DNA from: Clostridia bacterium
GTDB lineage: Bacteria; Bacillota; Clostridia; Christensenellales; SZUA-584
Assembly: GCA_018648645.1 (NCBI GenBank)
Contig: JABGQS010000004.1
Coordinates: forward strand, 8,976 to 72,975
DNA length: 64,000 nt
Reading direction: 5' to 3'
A program made the position numbers and the translations under genes. Positions 58,148 to 64,000 of this stretch are shown piece by piece. Numbering within the stretch: position 1 is the stretch's first letter; the number at the start of each line of letters is the position of its first letter. Under the pieces are notes generated by a model. That model made no database searches. It saw nothing but the letters and a program-made list of their open reading frames with translations, and was not told the DNA's origin.

Positions 58148-58176
58148 ATTATACAACAACGCAAATACAAGTGCAA
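58148..58176 (-). promoter_or_regulatory. Candidate sigma-A promoter of the DUF4870 gene
   Basis: On the minus strand, TTGCAC-N17-TATAAT. Confidence 0.6.
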
Positions 58177-58246
58177 TTAATTCGCAGTATATTAACACCT
58201 TTGTAAAACAAATATGCTATTTTGTACGTTTTGTGACAAAAAAAGA

Positions 58247-58693
58247 CTAAGCTTTGAGCTGCATGAACATTATCAGCGCGTCTTCTTGAGTGTCTGCGTA
58301 GTAATTTTCTCGTATTCCCTGCTGCGTAAAACCAAATTTTTGGTAGAGTTTTATTGCATTTATGTTGCTTTGACGAACTTCTAGTGTGTATCCGGTTACT
58401 GTCTCTTGTGTTAATGTCATAAGCGTTTTAACCAGCCCCTGCCCCACACCGGCGCGCCGAAATTTTGGCAGAACAGCGACGTTATTGATGTGGCACTCGT
58501 CAACGACTAGATGCGCGCCGCAAAAGCCAATGATAGATTTGTCCACTAGTGCTACGATGTAGATAGACACCGAGCTTAAACAGACGTCATAGAGCAAAGA
58601 TTCAAACAACCACGGCGATGAGAAGCTTGATTTCTCAACGCGAAATATGCCGTCTAAGTCGTTATTCTCGGCAAGGCGATATTTAACTTCCAT
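58247..58693 (-). CDS. rimI: Ribosomal-protein-alanine N-acetyltransferase (GNAT)
   Basis: 148 aa. NVAVLPKFRRAGVGQGL acetyl-CoA motif and LEVRQSNINAIKLYQKFGF. Follows tsaB with an 11-nt overlap. Confidence 0.88.
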   Translation of the reverse strand: MEVKYRLAENNDLDGIFRVEKSSFSSPWLFESLLYDVCLSSVSIYIVALVDKSIIGFCGAHLVVDECHINNVAVLPKFRRAGVGQGLVKTLMTLTQETVTGYTLEVRQSNINAIKLYQKFGFTQQGIRENYYADTQEDALIMFMQLKA

Positions 58694-59366
58694 TTGGCTT
58701 CCTGTTTCGCTTAGCGTACTCGCGCTCTGCCTGAGTTTGCCGCAAATATAATGGCTCTAGCTCGTATGCAGATACTGCGTTGCCACTTTGCGCAAATGCC
58801 ACAAGCCCGACTGAGCTTGCTCTGGGGAGTGCAATACCTATGTGCGCAACTTTGAATCCTGCCTGCACAATTTCTTGCTTGAAATTTAGAGCAGCATCGC
58901 CTATGAAAACGACTTCGCGTCCTTTTAACTCATCCAACAAATCGGTTAGCTGTGTCGCTCGGTAGTCGCTGACTCGATTGTTATCAGTGTATGATGCTGT
59001 GTAGACATCACCGCGCCGCGCGTCGATAACCGGACAAACTATACGCGCCTCACCCAGCAAGTTTTGTGCCAGAGCATCAAGAGTATTCACACCGACACAC
59101 TTTTTATTTAGCGCCTGACAAAAGCCTTTTATCATGCTGACACCGATGCGCAGACCTGTGAAAGAGCCGGGTCCGATTGCGCATGCGAACAGGTCGATGT
59201 CGGACAAACTCAAATCTGCCCGCTCCAAACAATCGTCAATCATAGGTGCAAGCATTTGCGAATGCGTTTTTTTATTGTCTACGTACACTTCCACCAATAC
59301 TTTCTTGTCTTGCAATACCGATACAGCGCACACGCTGCCCGAAGTGTCGATAGCTAATATATTCAT
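58683..59366 (-). CDS. tsaB: tRNA t6A37 biosynthesis protein TsaB
   Basis: 227 aa. MNILAIDTSGSVCAVSV and GPGSFTGLRIG. Confidence 0.92.
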   Translation of the reverse strand: MNILAIDTSGSVCAVSVLQDKKVLVEVYVDNKKTHSQMLAPMIDDCLERADLSLSDIDLFACAIGPGSFTGLRIGVSMIKGFCQALNKKCVGVNTLDALAQNLLGEARIVCPVIDARRGDVYTASYTDNNRVSDYRATQLTDLLDELKGREVVFIGDAALNFKQEIVQAGFKVAHIGIALPRASSVGLVAFAQSGNAVSAYELEPLYLRQTQAEREYAKRNRKPNGS

Positions 59367-59779
59367 ATCTTGATTCCTTTTATTTCGATTGTGCGCTTAT
59401 CATTGCCTGAGCCGTTAAAATGTACATTTATGTTGGCTTGCAAATCCTGCGCGTTTTGTGCCCATTCGATGACGCAAACTCCGTCGCTGCCCAAATAATC
59501 GTAGAATCCGATGTGGACCAGCTCCTCTTCGTCCTCAATTCTATACAAGTCAAAATGGTGCAGTGTCAAATCACCTGCATACTCTTTCAGCAGCGTAAAT
59601 GTTGGGCTGACAACTTCATCGCTGATATTCAGACCGCCGGCGATGCCTTTTGCAAACACCGTTTTGCCGGCACCAAGTCCGCCGTACAGCGCAACGACAT
59701 CACCGCTTTTCAGCGAATTTGCGAGTTGTTGTCCAAGCGCAAGCGTCTGCTCATGACAGTTCGTTATCATCAGGCTCAA
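59363..59779 (-). CDS. tsaE: tRNA t6A37 biosynthesis ATPase TsaE
   Basis: 138 aa. P-loop YGGLGAGKTVFAKG and HFDLYR. TTG start at 59779 after GGGAGA (alternative ATG at 59770). Either start overlaps the ribU 3' end. Confidence 0.9.
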   Translation of the reverse strand: MSLMITNCHEQTLALGQQLANSLKSGDVVALYGGLGAGKTVFAKGIAGGLNISDEVVSPTFTLLKEYAGDLTLHHFDLYRIEDEEELVHIGFYDYLGSDGVCVIEWAQNAQDLQANINVHFNGSGNDKRTIEIKGIKI

Positions 59780-60359
59780 TGGTTTTCTCCCGTTTAAATG
59801 ATTTCTTATGTAGTATACTTGACAGCGGCTTGTAAAGTAAAATCACAAGCACCGATTGCAGCACCGCTTTGATAGCTGTCAATGGAATAGCGCCTTTTGC
59901 AATATATCCGCCAACATCAAAGCCTTCCGGCAGATATTGTATGAAAATCGGAATCAAAACATAATAGTTTAGAATCGGTGCAAGACCTGTCATCAGTACT
60001 GTTCCGACAGCAAGACCAATTATCGCTCCGCTACGTGATTTCTTAAACCTATAAATCAGCGTTGCCGGAAGCACCAGAGCGATGGCAAGCGTGAAGTTTG
60101 CAAGCTCTCCTACACCACCTGTTCCTGAGTTCTTTAAAACGAAGCTTAGCCCTATCTTTATCGCTTCAATAATAATGCCTGCGATTGGACCCATCGCAAA
60201 TCCACCAACTAACGCAGGTATATCTGCTATGTCCAACTTTAGCCAAGGATAGACCGGGAAAATCGGCACTTCCAGAAACATTAGTACAACTGCAAGTGCA
60301 GAAAGTACGCCGATTTTTGCAATTGTTGCAATTTTGATACCTTTTGGTTTTATACTCAT
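59751..60359 (-). CDS. ribU: ECF-transporter S component, riboflavin-specific (RibU-like)
   Basis: 202 aa, six TM helices. LDIADIPALVGGFAMGP and GGVGELANF. Directly preceded by an FMN riboswitch. Confidence 0.85.
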   Translation of the reverse strand: MSIKPKGIKIATIAKIGVLSALAVVLMFLEVPIFPVYPWLKLDIADIPALVGGFAMGPIAGIIIEAIKIGLSFVLKNSGTGGVGELANFTLAIALVLPATLIYRFKKSRSGAIIGLAVGTVLMTGLAPILNYYVLIPIFIQYLPEGFDVGGYIAKGAIPLTAIKAVLQSVLVILLYKPLSSILHKKSFKREKTIEPDDNELS

Positions 60360-60370
60360 TTTTTACCTCC

Positions 60371-60402
60371 AAAAAAACTTCCGTATATAGCTTCGGAAGT
60401 TT
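60371..60402 (-). terminator. Expression-platform terminator of the FMN riboswitch
   Basis: The minus-strand RNA AAACUUCCG-AAGCUAUAUA-CGGAAGUUU is followed by UUUU and then immediately by GGAGG and the ribU AUG. Confidence 0.85.
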
Positions 60403-60431
60403 CATGAACGCGCTTACTTAAAAACGAGAAC

Positions 60432-60545
60432 TTCACCTTCTCTCATCCAGACTTTAACTGTCGGTTACGGAATTACACCGTATCGGCTAACGCTCGCGGA
60501 CTATCACCGCCGGTAAGGGAATTGCACCCTACCCCGAAGACATAC
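60432..60545 (-). promoter_or_regulatory. FMN riboswitch (RFN element) aptamer
   Basis: The minus strand reads UCUUCGGGGUAGGGUGCAAUUCCCUUACCGGCGGUGAUAGUCCGCGAGC..CGGUGUAAUUCCGUAACCGACAGUUAAAGUCUGGAUGAGAGAAGG. This matches the conserved RFN core segments. Confidence 0.93.
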
Positions 60546-60563
60546 GTATTTATTTATATGCAC

Positions 60564-60592
60564 ATCATACGATAAAATGCGCGTTTAGTCAA
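60564..60592 (-). promoter_or_regulatory. Sigma-A promoter upstream of the FMN riboswitch
   Basis: On the minus strand, TTGACT-N17-TATGAT. Confidence 0.65.
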
Positions 60593-60631
60593 TTGCAAAT
60601 ACAGTTTTTGAATTGCGTATTCAATTACTTT

Positions 60632-61354
60632 TTAAAAAACGCCGTTATGGTATACGTTTTGAACATCGTCGCTCTCTTCTATCATATCGAGCATTTTTTG
60701 CACGCTGCTCGCCTTTTCCTCCGAAATCTCGACAGTGTTCTCTGGCACCATCTGCAGCTCTGCAAAAACGAACGTGTAACTAAGCGCTTCAAGAGCGTCG
60801 TGCACCTTTGAGTAATCGTGCGCTTGTGTGGTAATCTCGAAAACTTCGTCGTGTGTTTCCATATCGGCAGCACCGGCTTCCAACGCCGCCATCATAAGCT
60901 CGTCCTCGTCTATATCGTCGGTCTTTTCGATAGCAAGCACGCCCTTGTACTCGAACATCCACGAAACACAACCGGTTGCGCCAAGGCTGCCGCCGTACTT
61001 ATCAAAACCGTGACGCACGTCCGAAGCCGTTCTGTTGCGATTGTCTGTAAGCGCCTCTACGATGACCGCAACTCCGCCCATACCGTAGCCTTCGTATGTG
61101 ACCGACTCAAAATTGATGCTCCCAAGCTCGCCCGAAGCTTTCTTGATGGAGCGGGTAATCGTGTCGTTTGGCATGTTGTTGCTTTTCGCTTTTGTAATGG
61201 CATCACGAAGCCGCGAGTTATCAGCCGGATTGGAGCCGCCTTCCTTTACCGCAACCGCAATTTCTCTGCCGATTTTAGTAAATATCTTACCGCGCTTTGC
61301 ATCAGTTTTGCCTTTTTTATGCTTTATATTCGCCCACTTTGAATGACCTGCCAT
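60632..61354 (-). CDS. yebC: YebC/PmpR-family DNA-binding transcriptional regulator
   Basis: 240 aa with the [28 protein letters not shown]-terminus. Confidence 0.94.
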   Translation of the reverse strand: MAGHSKWANIKHKKGKTDAKRGKIFTKIGREIAVAVKEGGSNPADNSRLRDAITKAKSNNMPNDTITRSIKKASGELGSINFESVTYEGYGMGGVAVIVEALTDNRNRTASDVRHGFDKYGGSLGATGCVSWMFEYKGVLAIEKTDDIDEDELMMAALEAGAADMETHDEVFEITTQAHDYSKVHDALEALSYTFVFAELQMVPENTVEISEEKASSVQKMLDMIEESDDVQNVYHNGVF

Positions 61355-61382
61355 GTTTCACCTCAACTAAATTATTGTTGCT

Positions 61383-61411
61383 ATTGTAACATAAAACATG
61401 CCCAATTTCAA
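61383..61411 (-). promoter_or_regulatory. Candidate sigma-A promoter of yebC
   Basis: On the minus strand, TTGAAA-N17-TACAAT. Confidence 0.55.
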
Positions 61412-61459
61412 CCGACAGAAAGTGCGTAATCTTGAAAATGGAGCGTTGTTATTCGCAAA

Positions 61460-62284
61460 TTATTTTGTAATTTGAACGTTGATTTGCCAACCACAAGTGA
61501 CGGACGAATTTGGCGCAACGTGGCGCAGCAGCTCGCCCGTGTTGATGGCGTCCGGCACCGCTGTCCACGGCTCTATGCACGCGCAATCGGCGAATGCTGT
61601 GCAGACAGTCAGCACTTCGTGCAAATCGTCTACTACAATTTGCGCGTTATAACCGTCGGCATAATTCTCGAGAAGCATGCGTTTATCTCCGATGCCTTTG
61701 TAAACGTGGTCAAGGGGCTGTGACAGATCGATAGTGTTTCCCTGCACTTCGCCCGATTCACCGTCTAGATAACTTGTATAATTAGCAAAGTCGAAAGTAA
61801 ACTTCGTGTTTTTCTTAGAGCCGGTTCTAAAGTAAGTATGCCAGCCGATGTAGTACGGCATTGGTGTGTCCGACAAGTTATCGATTGTTGCATTTATAAG
61901 AAGACTTTGCCCAGATACTTTATACTCGATATGCAATACAAAATCAAAAGGATAGTTTTCTTTTTTGATGATTTCGTTTGGCACGGTGTAGACAGTTACC
62001 GAGCTATTCGTCTGCTTTTCGAGCGAGAACGACATATCCTTAACAAAACCGTGCATCGGCATGGTGTATTCCTTACCGTTCACGATGTATGTATCGTCTT
62101 GAGTCGTACTGCAAAACGGGAAAAGCACAGGTATGCCGCCCGCCAATAAGTTAGCAACACCAAGGTCACTTTCGTTCATATACAAAATCTCTACGCCGTC
62201 CACAACAAGCGATGAAATAACTCCGCCAAAATCCTTCATCACTACTGCTTTGGTGTTTCCGTCGTTTATCTCAATCTTTTTCAA
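61460..62284 (-). CDS. Aldose 1-epimerase-family protein
   Basis: 274 aa. GGIPVLFPF and a galactose-mutarotase-like beta-sandwich pattern (MHGF, HTYF). Confidence 0.75.
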   Translation of the reverse strand: MKKIEINDGNTKAVVMKDFGGVISSLVVDGVEILYMNESDLGVANLLAGGIPVLFPFCSTTQDDTYIVNGKEYTMPMHGFVKDMSFSLEKQTNSSVTVYTVPNEIIKKENYPFDFVLHIEYKVSGQSLLINATIDNLSDTPMPYYIGWHTYFRTGSKKNTKFTFDFANYTSYLDGESGEVQGNTIDLSQPLDHVYKGIGDKRMLLENYADGYNAQIVVDDLHEVLTVCTAFADCACIEPWTAVPDAINTGELLRHVAPNSSVTCGWQINVQITK

Positions 62285-62303
62285 ATGTCAATGCTCCAAA
62301 TCA

Positions 62304-63497
62304 TTATATTTTATACAGTTGTTTTGCGTTGTTGTAAAAAAGATTCTCTGTATTGTTTTTTGCATCGTCGATGTTTAAATACCCATCCGCAATCTTCTCA
62401 TCCAATACTGTTGCAATTACTCTATTGGCGGCCAGCCTTGCACCGTAGCTCTCCTCCGAAGTCCATGTGTCGCCGCCCCAGCAAATTTTGGCGGCTATCC
62501 CTAGTTCGATGTGCTTGTGCAATGATTCTTTTGCGGTTGTGGGAGACAGCAATGGCAACCAGCAGATATCGCTGTATACATTAGGACAGTCGTGAAGCAG
62601 CGCCAGAATATCATCACACCACGGAAAACCGGCATGAAATAAAACGAACGTTGTGTCTGGGTTTGCTGTGATAACCTCGTGCATCGCTATAGCGCGGGTG
62701 TCGTCAAGACAGCCTTGACCCGTATGGCACTGCATCGGAATATCTAGCTCTGCAGCAATTTTGCAAACCTCAAAAAAGAAATAGTCCTGGAACGCGGTTA
62801 CGTCTGCTTGCGTGTAATTCTTGTCATTGAAAACCCTGTTTGCAGCTTGCTTAGTTGTCTTTCTATAGCGAATGTTACGGTCGTACGCCATTGCGTTTTT
62901 TAGACTCACGATACCGCTGCTAATTTTTTTGACAATAAGAGCACGAACAAATGCCATATACTCGTCTATATCGCTGCTTTCGTTTTTGTAAAAATCGTAT
63001 GCATTATGACCGTTGTGGTTGAAAACACTTTTATCAAAACCGAAGAAAAGACTGTCAATTCGAAACGTTGAAGCGAAAACTTTGCTGTCACCGTTGTCGC
63101 TTCCCGGATCCCAATAAGCGTCCAGTATAGATTTTTCATAGTTGCAGTGCTTTGATAGTATAGTTTTGTGCCAGGTGCTGTTTTTGTGCGCCTGCTTAAT
63201 CGCCTGCGAGTATTGCTCCCAGTTATCGGCGGACAAGTTCTCATCGATGTTATATAGATTTTTGAGCGCAGCTTGCAGATACACGAAGTAACTTTTGTAT
63301 CTCACTTTGCTTAAATAGTTTTCTCTCGATTCACGCGTACTGTCAAACTCTACATCGCACCACGCTATATATGAATCGCGCAACAGTTTATCGAGATTAA
63401 AATCTGCGAAAAAATCGTCCGGATAGTGATGCGAATGTGTGTTGAGGACTTTTGCGGATGACACAAACTCGTGAATTTGATCAAACATATTGTACAC
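62304..63497 (-). CDS. Metal-dependent amidohydrolase-superfamily (Amidohydro_2-like TIM barrel) protein
   Basis: 397 aa. N-terminal metal ligands NTHSHH, later HTGQG and LFHAGFPW, then WGGDTW and C-terminal FYNNAKQLY. The substrate cannot be assigned. Confidence 0.55.
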   Translation of the reverse strand: MYNMFDQIHEFVSSAKVLNTHSHHYPDDFFADFNLDKLLRDSYIAWCDVEFDSTRESRENYLSKVRYKSYFVYLQAALKNLYNIDENLSADNWEQYSQAIKQAHKNSTWHKTILSKHCNYEKSILDAYWDPGSDNGDSKVFASTFRIDSLFFGFDKSVFNHNGHNAYDFYKNESSDIDEYMAFVRALIVKKISSGIVSLKNAMAYDRNIRYRKTTKQAANRVFNDKNYTQADVTAFQDYFFFEVCKIAAELDIPMQCHTGQGCLDDTRAIAMHEVITANPDTTFVLFHAGFPWCDDILALLHDCPNVYSDICWLPLLSPTTAKESLHKHIELGIAAKICWGGDTWTSEESYGARLAANRVIATVLDEKIADGYLNIDDAKNNTENLFYNNAKQLYKI

Positions 63498-63553
63498 CCC
63501 ATTTGATTAATTATATTATTATAACACATAGGAAAGGCAATTATATACCGAAT

Positions 63554-64000
63554 TTAATGCGCGCCAGCGAGAAACCCCGTTGAGTAAGCGATTTGCAAAT
63601 TGTATCCGCCTGTAAGAGCGTCAACATCTATTACTTCACCTGCGAAGTAAAGCCCAGCGCAAAGCTTGCTTTGCATAGTTGACGCGTCAATTTCCTTCAC
63701 GTCAACACCACCGCGAGTAATCACTGCCTCTTTCATTGGTCGCTTGCAGTTAATAGTAAGAGTAAGATTCTTTAGAGTTTGCAACAACAGCTTTCTCTCA
63801 CTCTTTGTGATTGAGTTTGCCTTCTTATCCGCGTCAATGCCGGTCATAGCAATAACTAAATCTATGAGCTTGCCCGGTAGCAATCCGCCAAGGACGTTGC
63901 TGAAGTTTTGGTTTGCGCGCTCGCTAAAATCGCGAACTAATCGTTTATCGAGCGTCGCTTCGTCAAGCGCAGGTTTTAGGTCAATCAACACAGTATAGGC
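63554..64000 (-). CDS. BaiN/HI0933-family NAD(P)/FAD-dependent oxidoreductase, C-terminal part (5' end beyond window)
   Basis: C-terminal signature AVITRGGVDVKEID..LYFAGEVIDVDALTGGYNLQIAYSTGFLAG. The reading frame stays open to the window edge. Confidence 0.8.
   Translation of the reverse strand, partial: AYTVLIDLKPALDEATLDKRLVRDFSERANQNFSNVLGGLLPGKLIDLVIAMTGIDADKKANSITKSERKLLLQTLKNLTLTINCKRPMKEAVITRGGVDVKEIDASTMQSKLCAGLYFAGEVIDVDALTGGYNLQIAYSTGFLAGAH

Noticed and set aside
10105-58176. N-terminal extensions in the ORF track for hrcA, response regulator, histidine kinase, folD, asp23, glpK, ABC ATPase, BMP lipoprotein, carA, bioY, DUF4870 and dinB
   Set aside because: The track opens ORFs at the first ATG, GTG or TTG. 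In each case the extension overlaps an operator, RBS, hairpin, promoter or the upstream gene, and an internal start with a proper Shine-Dalgarno gives the conserved N-terminus.

Overview
This window is 64 kb of densely packed core chromosome with about 66 protein genes, mostly on the minus strand, and many adjacent genes overlap by 1-13 nt. The regulatory signals point to a Gram-positive, Clostridia-type bacterium: HrcA/CIRCE, a Cheo-type LexA box, T-box, PyrR and FMN leaders, and ylxR-ylxQ inside the nusA-infB operon. Gene content by coordinate: ahcY (partial)-galU; SOS-box dinB; hrcA-grpE-dnaK-dnaJ-prmA-rsmE-mtaB-HIT; lepA-hemW; an orphan LUD-domain gene; rimP-nusA-ylxR-ylxQ-infB-rbfA-nrnA-truB-ribF; nrdR-pgeF-response regulator-histidine kinase; asp23-amaP-DUF2273-nusB-(TsaD/Kae1-like)-folD-xseA-xseB-ispA; VOC-glpK; a BMP-family ABC transporter; a class A PBP; pyrR-pyrP-pyrB-pyrC-pyrF-carA-pyrK-pyrD-pyrE; a disulfide oxidoreductase; T-box-leuA-leuC-leuD-bioY; DUF4870; FMN riboswitch-ribU-tsaE-tsaB-rimI; yebC; an aldose epimerase; an amidohydrolase; and a BaiN-like flavoprotein (partial). 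I found no rRNA, tRNA, CRISPR array, transposase, integrase, phage gene, toxin-antitoxin pair or recognisable defence gene, and no unexplained multi-gene cluster. My reading is that this is an ordinary housekeeping region, not an accessory island, and I do not claim a novel system. The items worth a second look are modest. They are: a divergent TsaD/Kae1-like protein locked into the nusB-folD operon; leader RNAs that appear to control unrelated downstream genes (FMN riboswitch to t6A genes, Leu T-box to bioY); a pyr operon with one clear PyrR site, an unexplained GAGA-loop hairpin and carA without carB; sharply AT-rich genes (two-component system, bioY, DUF4870, VOC) inside higher-GC operons; and several perfect palindromes or hairpins at promoters and intercistronic sites. 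Several ORF-track starts are alternative-codon N-terminal extensions, which I corrected using RBS context. I indexed regulatory coordinates by hand, so they may be off by 1-2 nt.
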